Assembly: GCA_965223545.1 (NCBI GenBank)
Contig: OZ245006.1
Coordinates: forward strand, 7,328,001 to 7,392,000
Source of the DNA: Planctomycetota bacterium
Lineage (GTDB): Bacteria; Planctomycetota; UBA1135; UBA2386
Direction of reading: 5' to 3'
Length of the DNA: 64,000 nucleotides
The position numbers and the translations under genes are program-made. Position 1 is the first letter of the stretch, and every line of letters starts with the position of its first letter. Shown here one piece after another: positions 1 to 8,942 of the stretch. The notes below the pieces were generated by a model. That model saw only the letters and a program-made list of their open reading frames with translations. It searched no databases and was not told the DNA's origin.

Positions 1-2849
1 TCGGCTTCGCTCTCTGAAAGCAGGGCGGTGATCCCGTCGAACCCTTGCTGGGACCAGATTTCGGCGAGGGCGTTCAGGCGCAGCGCGTGTACGCGTTCTT
101 CGCGGGCGGTGAAGTCCAGCTCTTCGTCCTCGAGTTCATCAGCCGACTCCTCGACCCACTGTCTTGCGAAGAGCCATCCGTGTCTGATCACCGGATCTGA
201 GGGTTCGAGTAGTGTGTAGATGTCGCGCGCCCGATTCCTCGTGGTCGGGTCCTCAACCCGGCGACGGCCGACGCGTGTGAGTGCGTACCGCCGCACTCTC
301 TCACGCAGTGCGGCTTTGGCCCTGTCGGTCGTCTTCGTGTCGGCGGCCCAACCCTCTATCAGCTTCCACAGGGTGGTGCGGTCCTCCTTCGCTATACCGT
401 CCAGCCGTTCTACTAGATCGCCGAGGGTGTTTTCGTCGTGGCTCGACCAGGCGAGCGCGAGGTCGACGGACTTTCGCACAAACTCGTAGACCTCCCTTCG
501 CGTCCTGAAGGGCTGGCCTGCGCCAGACGCGTCGCCGCGCCAGCGCGGACGGTAGCTGTAGTTGCCCATGCGGGAGTTGGGGCTAAACTGCTCGATGCAG
601 ATCTGCCACGCGATGTCGGGAAAGCGCTTCACTAGGAGTTCGAGCGCCTTGCCCCTCTCCTCAAGAGATGCGGCGGTCTGTGGCATCCACGACCTGAAGA
701 TGGCGTCGAGGCTCCTGATCGGCTTGTTCACCCAGTTGTCGTTGATGGTGGTCCGGGAAAGCTGCGCCAGAACGGCGGTCACGCGCGCGAGGTTCTGCGG
801 CTTCCACCCGAGGCACTCGAGCGCCCAGAGCAAGCCAGTCCGGGGGCAGCTTCCGAAGACGCCCGTGCTAGCGGGTTTGAGCAGGCCTAGAACTACCGGC
901 TCGACCGTGTTCAGGTCGGCTTCGATGACGTCGAGAAACGTATCCGGCGCGGCTTCCGCGTACCGCGGAAGGTCACGCTGGTTCGACATCAGCCTGTCGA
1001 GAGTCAGCGGCGTCAGCAGTCGCTCAATCAGTGCGCCGACGTGCGCATTCACGTCGACCCCGAGCCGCTCCTTGAACAGGTTGTTTCCGTGAACAGACAG
1101 GATCACGAGCGTTTCACAGACGCCCTCGCGGAGTGCCGCAGAGTGGTCGCGGACCTTGCTGTAGATGCTGGCCGCCCAGCGGTCGTCCTCCGGCAGTTCC
1201 AGGGCCGGGTCCTCTTCCGACAGCACGTACTCGGCCAACATAAAGAACTCGTCGAGGTCTTTCTCCGTCACCACTTTGCTGACGGCGAAGATGAGGTCGA
1301 TCTTTGACGCTACGCCGCGGTAGTTACCTCCCGACCACACCGGTGGGTCGTCGAATCGCAACAGCCGCGCGACGTCCACCTCGATGTTCTCGTAGGGCCG
1401 GCTGGCCAACACCGACAGGACTTCGGTGTCGGCTTTCGCCTTCGCGTTCCACGCGCCGATCAGCATCAGGGGGATCAGCGTTCTCGCCGTGCCGGTATCC
1501 GTCGCCCAAGCGGGCGACTTGATGGCATCGACGCGCGAGAGTCGGCGACGAAGGATCGTGGGGGACATGCCGGATTCGCGGGCGAGGCGGTCAACGGCGT
1601 CGCCGGTGATCTTCATTGCGCCGAGCGCCTTCTCGAACGCGTCGTGGCGCAGAAGGTCGAGTGCGATATCGGGTTCGGAGTCCACCGCGTTGCGGGGACG
1701 AACGACGATGGAATGGTGGTTCCGGTAGATGGCAACGAGTTCGCGCTCAGCTTCTTCCGTCGTGACGATGGGAATGAAGGGCGACGACGATGGCGCGAGG
1801 GTGCGAAGCGTTTCCGGGGACTCGAAGACGGCAGCCAGGTGCTTGGAGTTCGACCCAGCGTCGGTCTGCTCGAACATGCAGGCGAGGAAGGCCAGACCCT
1901 CATCTCGCGAGTCCGTCGCGACGACAAGCGGACGGTCGCTCGCCTTCTCAAGCCATGTCGTGAACGGCTTCTTGTAGGCCGCGATTGACGGCGCGAAGAC
2001 CTCCGGCGTCATGCGCGGTTCGCTGCCGGAGGCCCAGCGCTCCCAGCATCGGTCTAGGGTCTCGTGGCCAGAGGTCGGCATGCCGAGCTTCTCGGCTAGC
2101 CATATCTGCGCGGGAATTGACTCCTCAAGCCATTGCTCAAGATCGTTGGCGTCGAAGACGCTGATGTCCTCCCATTCGTTCTGGGCGGTCTTCTTCTTGA
2201 GCCACGACTCCTTGCCTGGCCAGTGACGGGGTGTCACGAAGACGAACGTCGCGTTTGCGCGCTGTGCGGCGGGCACTGATCTGACGCGCGCCGTGTAGTC
2301 CTTGTTCGCCTTGGCCTGTGCGTCGCCGCTGACGCCGAACTCCCAGAACGACTTTCCGGCGGGAACCCATGGCGTGGCAGAATCCGCTTCGACGAGCCCG
2401 TCAGACCCCTTGCGCTCGGCGTTGTCGAAACCGGGAAAGTCGACGCAGCGCAGGTCATGAGCCGTTGAGTGGATCAGTCGCCGCAGAAGTACGGGCAGAA
2501 GCTGGCGGGCATCAAGATGGTCAGCCCATGCTTCGATCTGGCGGGCCTTGATACTGAGGAAGTTCGGCACGTAGCGGCGCACTGCCAGTGACTTCTCGGC
2601 GTCGCGCTGCTTTACCCGATGGGTGGCGGCCTGCATGTCGAGCAGCGTCTGCCGGTCCGCGCCGAAGCACTTCTCAAGGCGCGCCGCCATGTCCGGCGAC
2701 AGCGCGGCGTTGCTGTTGAGCAGGTTGGATAGGGCCGGGCGCCCGACACCAAGGCGGCTCGCCGCTTCCTTGACGGACATCCCGGTGGGGATCACGTGTT
2801 GCCGGATGTATTCGCCCACTCGAACGGCCTGGTTGGGATCCTGCCTCAT
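1..2849 (-). CDS. Large HigA/Xre-HTH fusion protein (>949 aa, runs off the window start); candidate defence protein
   Basis: Not in the ORF track; translated manually from ATG 2849. HigA-like HTH (MRQDPNQAVRVGEYIRQHVIPTGMSVKEAASRLGVGRPALSNLLNSNAALSPDMAARLEKCFG), then a PD-(D/E)xK-like segment (GSDGLV...WEFG...KANKDY), then a long helical region. The codons at the window edge (LLSESEA) are in the same frame. Confidence 0.85.
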   Translation of the reverse strand, partial: MRQDPNQAVRVGEYIRQHVIPTGMSVKEAASRLGVGRPALSNLLNSNAALSPDMAARLEKCFGADRQTLLDMQAATHRVKQRDAEKSLAVRRYVPNFLSIKARQIEAWADHLDARQLLPVLLRRLIHSTAHDLRCVDFPGFDNAERKGSDGLVEADSATPWVPAGKSFWEFGVSGDAQAKANKDYTARVRSVPAAQRANATFVFVTPRHWPGKESWLKKKTAQNEWEDISVFDANDLEQWLEESIPAQIWLAEKLGMPTSGHETLDRCWERWASGSEPRMTPEVFAPSIAAYKKPFTTWLEKASDRPLVVATDSRDEGLAFLACMFEQTDAGSNSKHLAAVFESPETLRTLAPSSSPFIPIVTTEEAERELVAIYRNHHSIVVRPRNAVDSEPDIALDLLRHDAFEKALGAMKITGDAVDRLARESGMSPTILRRRLSRVDAIKSPAWATDTGTARTLIPLMLIGAWNAKAKADTEVLSVLASRPYENIEVDVARLLRFDDPPVWSGGNYRGVASKIDLIFAVSKVVTEKDLDEFFMLAEYVLSEEDPALELPEDDRWAASIYSKVRDHSAALREGVCETLVILSVHGNNLFKERLGVDVNAHVGALIERLLTPLTLDRLMSNQRDLPRYAEAAPDTFLDVIEADLNTVEPVVLGLLKPASTGVFGSCPRTGLLWALECLGWKPQNLARVTAVLAQLSRTTINDNWVNKPIRSLDAIFRSWMPQTAASLEERGKALELLVKRFPDIAWQICIEQFSPNSRMGNYSYRPRWRGDASGAGQPFRTRREVYEFVRKSVDLALAWSSHDENTLGDLVERLDGIAKEDRTTLWKLIEGWAADTKTTDRAKAALRERVRRYALTRVGRRRVEDPTTRNRARDIYTLLEPSDPVIRHGWLFARQWVEESADELEDEELDFTAREERVHALRLNALAEIWSQQGFDGITALLSESEA

Positions 2850-2855
2850 CCGCGT

Positions 2856-2878
2856 AGTGTAGCGTGTCACGCGACACG
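2856..2878 (-). promoter_or_regulatory. Probable leaderless promoter with adjacent palindromic operator
   Basis: Minus-strand TACACT (-10-like) lies 6 nt upstream of ATG 2849. Inverted repeat CGTGTC-n4-GACACG at 2863-2878 abuts it. Confidence 0.5.
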
Positions 2879-3084
2879 AGACAGCCGAGCTGTCGTGGAA
2901 TTGGTGGGGGTGTCGCAGGAGTCGGCCGTCGCGCCGATGCCTTGGTATCGTTTCTAAGTCGCTGTCATGTGACGACATCGCCGCGTCCGGGCCGCCGGTC
3001 ACGACCCCGCTGCGGGTGGCTACGTGCGGCGTAGCGCCGAGCACATTGTTACGGTCTGCCGATCGACCGCGGGGAAGGGAGCGT

Positions 3085-3428
3085 GTCAGCGCCGCCTGCG
3101 CCTGCCAGTCGGCCTGACGCGTCAGTTCTCGTAGCTGCTTGTCCCCGAGTTCGAGATCGCCGCACAGGATCGCCTCCTGGATGTTGGGGGAGAGTAGAAC
3201 CAGGCCCATCAGGTGGGTGACGCGCGGTTGGCTGACGCCCAGCATTCGTGCGGCCTGCGAGTAGTCTGATACGAGGCCTCGATCGATCAGGCGGGCGAGG
3301 TGGTGTGCCAGGGCGAGGTTTCGTGCCGCGGGGGTGGCCGTGCCCAGTGAGGGGGCGGCCACACGGGTCTTCTTCTCTTTCTTGGGCGTAGGTGCTCGAT
3401 CGACCTGGAATCGCGCCTTGAGTTTCAC
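3085..3428 (-). CDS. Small HTH protein typically found downstream of large serine recombinases (3' end undefined; no stop codon)
   Basis: GTG 3428 overlaps the recombinase stop. Sequence ARNLALAHHLARLIDRGLVSDYSQAARMLGVSQPRVTHLMGLVLLSPNIQEAIL...DWQAQ. The frame stays open into the HigA gene. Confidence 0.7.
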
Positions 3429-4306
3429 GTGCTCGCCTCTTGTGCCTTGTCGTTCAGGGTTTCGATGCCCGATGCGCGCAGCTGCAGTTCGACATCGCAG
3501 GTGTCCGGCTGGTAGACGACGTGCTCGACAAGGAGGCGAAGTAGCCGCTCCTTCTCGCGCGGGAACAGCTCGTTCCACGTCTCGGTGAACGAGCCGAGCG
3601 CGCTGCGCACGGCCGCCTCGTCGGCGCCGTCGTCGAGGTCACGGAGCGACAGGCCGACGCGTTCGAGTTCGCCGTTGGTCTCGACGAGTTGCCTGTCGAG
3701 ATCGGAGATCCGCTCGCCAACTCGTGCTGTTGAGTTCTCCGCGGCGGTCGCGAGCAGCTCTCGGCGTGCAGCAGAGAGTTGGTCGCGCTGCTTCGTCAGC
3801 CGGTCGTGCCCCTGCGTTAGGCGCCGTCGTTCTTCGCGTGCTGCCTCCTGCATCGCCTCGGCCGTAGCGGCACGAGGTTCTCGTCCCGGCCTATCCCGCG
3901 CAGCCGGTCGGCCACGAACTGCTCGAACTGTCCGGCGGGCACGCGAGCATCTGGGCAGGCGTCTCGCCCTTCCGTGTGCGCCTTGTTGCAGACGTAGTAG
4001 CGGTAGCGTTTGGACGTCTTGTCCTTGCGGCTGCGCTTCGTGCTGAAGGTGTGAATCATTGGCGAGCCGCAGCGGCCGCATGCCACGAGACCTCGGAGGA
4101 TTGCGCCGGTCTTGTTCCTCGTGCTTGCGCCACCGCTGGTTCGATTCGCGGCTTGCCAGAGGGCCTCGTCGACGATCGGGTCGTGTTGCCCGTCGACCAC
4201 GTCCTCGCCGCAGCGCAGTTGCCCCCGGTAGATCACGTTGGTCAGCAGCGCGTGCAGCGTCGCTTTCGAGAATGGTCTGCCGCCGGACGTGCGATCGTCC
4301 TTGGTC
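3425..4306 (-). pseudogene. Large serine recombinase remnant (recombinase domain, zinc ribbon, coiled coil; catalytic N-terminus lost, frameshifted)
   Basis: GGRPFSKATLHALLTNVIYRGQ...GQHDPIVDEALW, LRGLVACGRCG and YRYYVC...C lie in one frame. The coiled coil and WNELFPREKERLLRLLVEHV lie in another (shift near 3870). Confidence 0.85.
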
Positions 4307-4387
4307 GAAGAGATCTTCGTAGCGTGTCGCCAGTTCGGCCGCGGAGAGCGTTTCGAGTTCCTGGACTTGTTGTGTGATGGAGGTCAC
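4307..4387 (-). pseudogene. 5' fragment of a DUF2924-like gene fused by deletion to the recombinase remnant
   Basis: GGAGG then GTG 4387. (V)TSITQQVQELETLSAAELATRYEDLF resembles DUF2924 N-termini and switches abruptly to recombinase sequence. Confidence 0.6.
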
Positions 4388-4542
4388 GAGCGACCTCCAC
4401 ATGGAGCCTCAGCTTGGGGCGGCTCTGCAAGGCGATTCTCAGAGCAAAGCCAGCGCAGGCAACCGATCGCGAGGATCCTGGCTAGTTCGGCGGTCCGTTC
4501 CTTGGCGGTCATCGTCGATGGGTCACGGTCGGTGCGAATCAT
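4384..4542 (-). CDS. Small hypothetical protein (52 aa) of the recombinase module
   Basis: MIRTDRDPSTMTAKERTAELARILAIGCLRWLCSENRLAEPPQAEAPCGGRS; 4-nt start/stop overlaps with both neighbours. Confidence 0.55.
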   Translation of the reverse strand: MIRTDRDPSTMTAKERTAELARILAIGCLRWLCSENRLAEPPQAEAPCGGRS

Positions 4543-5060
4543 CGGTCAAGGCCCTCCTGAATCCGACGAAGGCGGTTCTGAGGGCCCCGAACAACGTCTT
4601 CGTTCACCTCGTCGGGTAGCGATACGTATCCGCCGCGCTCCGCGTAGAGGGCGAGCTGGTGCGTGGTCTCTTCGACCGCGATCTGCCATGCCTTGGACCC
4701 GATCTTCGGTATACCTGGGGCAGGGCGGTAGGCGTGCTGGAGCATGATCTCGGCGGCCTTCCCGACTTCGCCGAGATTGCAGTAGTCGCCGAGGCCCAAC
4801 GCTGCGCAGCGCTCCTGCCCCATGCGCAATAGAGTGCGGAAAGTCTCGCGCGCCTCCGGAAGCGCATGGCTGGGGTCCGGTAGCTCACCACCGTCTTTGA
4901 TCAGTTTGGTGGCTTCCCACGCGACCCAACCTGTCGCCATGAGCCACGGCGTGGTGTTGGGCTCAGGCAGCCCCGGTTCCCAGTCGCGTTCGTGGTGAAG
5001 CGCCATCACCCGGTGGGCAAAGTGCCACGCTTCTCGAGGGAGGGGCGGTTGTTCACACAT
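4539..5060 (-). CDS. Hypothetical protein (173 aa)
   Basis: Natural-looking composition, GGAGG upstream, coupled to neighbours. Confidence 0.6.
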   Translation of the reverse strand: MCEQPPLPREAWHFAHRVMALHHERDWEPGLPEPNTTPWLMATGWVAWEATKLIKDGGELPDPSHALPEARETFRTLLRMGQERCAALGLGDYCNLGEVGKAAEIMLQHAYRPAPGIPKIGSKAWQIAVEETTHQLALYAERGGYVSLPDEVNEDVVRGPQNRLRRIQEGLDR

Positions 5061-5088
5061 GAGCCAGCTCCTCCCGATCGATCCCTAG

Positions 5089-7077
5089 CCCAACTTCCGC
5101 AGCTCGACGATTTTTGAGGCCAATTCGGAGCCTCGGCGCGGCGCCAGCCCGCTATCCACCGTCGCGGCGGCGCAGATCGGCCGTGTAGTGCCAACCCGCC
5201 CCGTTGATCGGTGTGGCAGGGAGCACGACAACTGTGTGCGAGGCGGCGGACGTGTACCTGCGACGCAAGACGGTCAGAAAGAACGGCAAGACCCACGAGT
5301 ACTGGCTCCTCGTTCGGTCGGTGCGGCACGGTCGTCGAGTGCGGCAGGAGGTGATCGCGCAGCTGGGCAAACTGGATGCGAAGGGGCGACGCCGGGCTCG
5401 TGCGCTGGCAGATCGGATGACCGGTCGCCGAATGCACCCGAGCCTGTTTGAGCCACCGGTGACAGACGACGACCCGGTCGAGTCGATTCGCTTGAAGGAG
5501 GTCAGCCTCGACCGGACACGCCGCTTCGGCGACGTTTTCGTCGGCCTGGCGCTGTGGCACGCACTGAAGTTCGACGACGCACTCTGGGAGCTCATGCCGC
5601 GGGGCCGTGAAGATGTCCCGTGGTCGACGATGGCGGCAGCGATGGTCATCTGTCGGTTGTGCATGCCCTCCAGCGAGCTGCACCTGGCTGAAGTCCTGTA
5701 CCGCCAGACCGCGCTTGACGACCTGCTTGGCCTGCCGGAAGGCAAGGTCAACGACGACCGGCTCTACCGGGCTCTCGACCAGATCCTGCCGCACAAAGAG
5801 GCGCTGGAGCAGCATCTCCGCGCACGGCTCGGCGAGTTGTTCGACGTTCAGTACGACTTGCTGCTCTACGACGTGACCTCGACCTACTTCGAAGGCCTCA
5901 TGCTGGGCAACCCCCAGGCGCAGCGTGGCTACAGCCGAGATCACCGGCCTGACTGCAAACAGGTTTGCATCGCTCTGGTCGTGACCAGACAGGGAATCCC
6001 TCTTGCGCACGAAGTGTTCGACGGCAATCGGACTGACGTCACGACGGTCCGCGAGATCGTCGAGACGATGGAGCGGCGATTCGGTGCTGCTGATCGCATC
6101 TGGGTCATGGACCGCGGAATGGTGAGCAAGCGCAACCTGAAATGGTTGAAGGAGGGAAGGCGACGGTACGTCATCGGCGCATCGCGTTCGGACCTGCGCC
6201 GCTTCGAACAGGAGATCGTCGACCGTCGAGACTGGCGCAGCATTCGTGAGGATGTCGAGGTCAAGCTCTGCCCGAGCGAGGACGGGGAGGAGACGTTCAT
6301 CCTGTGTCGCTCCCAGGCGCGCATCGAGAAGGACGCCGCAATTGTCGCGCGAGCAGCCGAACGCATTCGCGCGAGGCTTGCGTCGCTCGAACGCCGACTG
6401 GCGGCGTCGAAGAAGTCGATCGAACGGGACCGCGTCAATCAACAGATCGGACGCATCTTGGCCCAGAACTCGCGGGCCTCCACGTGCTTCTCGGTTTCGT
6501 TGATCGAAGCCCCGGATCGACCATCGGGGCTTGCCGTGGAGGCTTGTGAGAACACGAACTGGGTGGACCAGAGCGCCGGGTGCTACCTGCTCAGGTCCAA
6601 CGTGACGGGTTGGACAGATGAGGAGCTTTGGCGGACGTACATCCAGCTCACTGATGCTGAGTCCGCGTTTCGGATCCAGAAGTCCGAGCTGTCGATCCGC
6701 CCGGTGTGGCATCAACGCGAGGACCGGGTCAGGGCGCACATCCTCGTCTGCTTCCTCGCCTACGCCTTGTGGAAAACGCTCGAGCTCTGGCAGGAGAAGG
6801 CCGGACTCGGCAACAGCCCGGCCGCCATCCTCGAGGAGCTCCGTCAGGTCCAAAGCGCAGACGTGCTCCTGCCAACTACTGACGGCCGCGAACTCCGGGT
6901 CCGCTGCGTGGTCACCCCCAACGAGGCGCAGGCGCACCTGCTCGACCGGCTCGGCATCCAGCTACCCAGGAGGCTATCCGTCCCCGCGCCACTCCGTTCG
7001 ACCGCGATGTAGTGCCAACCAATCGACGTAAGTCGTTGCTTTTCAACGTGACGACCCGTCGAACTGCGGAAGTTGGG
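5089..7077 (+). mobile_element. IS1634-family insertion sequence
   Basis: IRs CCCAACTTCCGCAGCTCGACG (5089-5109) and CGTCGAACTGCGGAAGTTGGG (7057-7077), 1 mismatch. CTAG duplicated at 5085-5088 and 7078-7081. Subterminal direct repeat TGTAGTGCCAACC at 5184-5196 and 7008-7020. Confidence 0.93.
5252..7012 (+). CDS. IS1634-family DDE transposase
   Basis: YDVTSTYFEG, GYSRDHRPD, VMDRGM, YIQLTDAESAFRIQKSELSIRPVWH, RAHILVCFLAY. Likely start GTG 5252. Confidence 0.95.
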   Translation: MYLRRKTVRKNGKTHEYWLLVRSVRHGRRVRQEVIAQLGKLDAKGRRRARALADRMTGRRMHPSLFEPPVTDDDPVESIRLKEVSLDRTRRFGDVFVGLALWHALKFDDALWELMPRGREDVPWSTMAAAMVICRLCMPSSELHLAEVLYRQTALDDLLGLPEGKVNDDRLYRALDQILPHKEALEQHLRARLGELFDVQYDLLLYDVTSTYFEGLMLGNPQAQRGYSRDHRPDCKQVCIALVVTRQGIPLAHEVFDGNRTDVTTVREIVETMERRFGAADRIWVMDRGMVSKRNLKWLKEGRRRYVIGASRSDLRRFEQEIVDRRDWRSIREDVEVKLCPSEDGEETFILCRSQARIEKDAAIVARAAERIRARLASLERRLAASKKSIERDRVNQQIGRILAQNSRASTCFSVSLIEAPDRPSGLAVEACENTNWVDQSAGCYLLRSNVTGWTDEELWRTYIQLTDAESAFRIQKSELSIRPVWHQREDRVRAHILVCFLAYALWKTLELWQEKAGLGNSPAAILEELRQVQSADVLLPTTDGRELRVRCVVTPNEAQAHLLDRLGIQLPRRLSVPAPLRSTAM

Positions 7078-7324
7078 CTAGCCATGCGAAGACGGCCTTT
7101 TCGAACCGAGCGCGGGCTGAATCGTCTACATGCCAGATTCGCTCGGGCAACTTGAGCGAGGTCCGGCCATCGTGCGTTCGGTGGAGGGCGATGCCGTGAA
7201 CGAGGATCCCGCAACCGAACTCGACTGTGAGCAAGCCCTGCAGCCCGCGCGCTTGATCATGAGCGTTCGCGCAGATCATGGCGGCAACGCGCAGGCTCGA
7301 AGCCTCGAGTGAAGGCATGCTCAT
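7043..7324 (-). CDS. SpoVG-like small protein whose C-terminus is replaced by IS sequence
   Basis: GLLTVEFGCGILVHGIALHRTHDGRTSLKLP resembles the SpoVG fold. Removing the IS restores the ending FAWLGIDREELAHV*. Confidence 0.5.
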   Translation of the reverse strand: MSMPSLEASSLRVAAMICANAHDQARGLQGLLTVEFGCGILVHGIALHRTHDGRTSLKLPERIWHVDDSARARFEKAVFAWLAQLPQFDGSSR

Positions 7325-7900
7325 CTTGGATCTCCTTCCGCCTGGCCCTCTGGCGATTGCTTCGAGCCCAGTAGACCGGCTGGTTCTGCGGGCGGTCGTG
7401 GGGAGGGCAACGGACTGGTTGATGGCGGCGGCATCACCGGTGGGTTGGGAGGGTTTGGTGGGATGATCTCGTCCCGCGCAGATCTGACTCCGATGTCAAT
7501 AGCCTCGCCCGGCGCGGTTCGGAGCGATTGAGCTGAAGGTGTGGTAGCGAGGTCGCGGGGCGACGGTCCAACGGAACCCACCGAACCCACGGGGGCGGAC
7601 TGGTCGGTCGTAGAGACTCGGTCGTGGACGCGGACGACGCGCCATAGGGCTACGCCTTGCCGATCCCCGACCCGTTCGATTCTCAGGCCGCCTTCAGGCC
7701 TGCGCTGGAACTTCGAAAGGTAGTTGCCCAGCCGCTTGGCCTCTGGGTTCCCGCCCCGCCCAGGTACGACCTCCGCGAGAGCAGCCTGCAGGGCCGGGTC
7801 GAAGTCCGCCGCGTCGGGGTTTGCTCGACGGATGACCTCCGCTGCTGTGCGCGTAGCAGGACCAAGCGCGTTCTCCCAAGCAAGTAACAGGACGCGCAGG
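7321..7900 (-). pseudogene. Probable C-terminal remnant of a mobile-element primase/replication protein
   Basis: AKRLGNYLSKFQRRPEGGLRIERVGDRQGVALWRV plus VGSVGSVG and PPNPPNPP short repeats. The upstream part of the called ORF is antisense to 7954-8580. Confidence 0.4.
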
Positions 7901-7953
7901 ACGCTGAGGTTTCGAATCGGACATCGTCGTGAGGGCGATGCCGGGCCCGCGCC

Positions 7954-8580
7954 ATGCCTGAGAAGAACACAGAAGTGGGCGATGTCCGAACCGCCGCGCC
8001 CGGCGACGCCGACGCCGCCACGGAGATCGAGACCGACACGGCGACGGTCGAAATCGAGACCAAGGTGACCGGTCGCAACGGCATTTTGCGCATGTGCCGC
8101 AACTGCGCAGTCCACGCGCTGGCGCAATTCATCGGCTACAGCGGCGCGAACATCGTCACGGATCACCTGTCGCCGGAGCCCGCGCCAAGCCAGACCACGC
8201 CCGACGCGCCGTTCGACACACAGGACGAGCAGAACGAACGCGTCGCGCAGTATGAGCACGACGACGCCGAGCCGGCCGTGGTCGCCGCCACAAATGAGGG
8301 GGAGACGGGCGAGGAACCCGGCGCCGCCGCCGAGCGCGAACAAGAGCGCGAAGATGAGCTCGAGAGCGGGCTGGAGGACGAGCTGGACCGTGGTCCGACG
8401 GAAGTGCAAGAGGTCCGCTACCTCGACGACGATGACAAGGAGGTCGATCCCGACCTGATCATCCAGGTGAATCGACGCACCCGGCAGCAGGTGCGGATGG
8501 CGCGGGTGGCCGACGACTCCCCGGTCGATCCCGCCCACCCGGTGTGGGTGCCCCGACCCGTCGCCGAGTCCGGCTGGTAG
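7954..8580 (+). CDS. Acidic hypothetical protein with CxxC (208 aa)
   Basis: GC3-biased codons; D/E-rich; MCRNC motif. Confidence 0.55.
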   Translation: MPEKNTEVGDVRTAAPGDADAATEIETDTATVEIETKVTGRNGILRMCRNCAVHALAQFIGYSGANIVTDHLSPEPAPSQTTPDAPFDTQDEQNERVAQYEHDDAEPAVVAATNEGETGEEPGAAAEREQEREDELESGLEDELDRGPTEVQEVRYLDDDDKEVDPDLIIQVNRRTRQQVRMARVADDSPVDPAHPVWVPRPVAESGW

Positions 8581-8942
8581 CCGGTCCAGCCGAGGTCGCC
8601 GAGCGATGTTGAATCGTCACTCTGCCTTGGCCGATCACGGCACCGCCTGTAGCTCGAGGCGGTGCGCGAGGGCTACGCCAAGGGGAAACCGGTGTTGTTC
8701 GAGCTTCGCCTCGACCTCGACTTCATCCTCCCGCGTGGTGCGATAGCGCCGGTGCTGGGGGGGCGCCGGGGTGGTCTGCGATCGCCGGCGAGTCCTTGCG
8801 ACGACCCACGAGCGGGCCGCAAGAAAGACGAAATTTGCGTCCGCGTCGACACGCCTGGGCACTCTGTTCCGGCGAAGAGCTGCCGCCCTATCAGCGACCG
8901 GGGCGGCTTGTAGCCTTGCCGACCTCGTTCTTTACTGTTTCG

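Noticed and set aside
2850..3100. HigB toxin gene upstream of the HigA-like gene
   Set aside because: No RelE/HigB-like ORF recognised in this interval.
5006..6937. 643-aa minus-strand ORF
   Set aside because: Antisense shadow of the IS1634 transposase; no recognisable motifs.
8640..8913. Hairpin at 8640-8665 and short ORF 8662-8913
   Set aside because: No U-tract, RBS or recognisable motif; cannot be supported as a terminator or gene.
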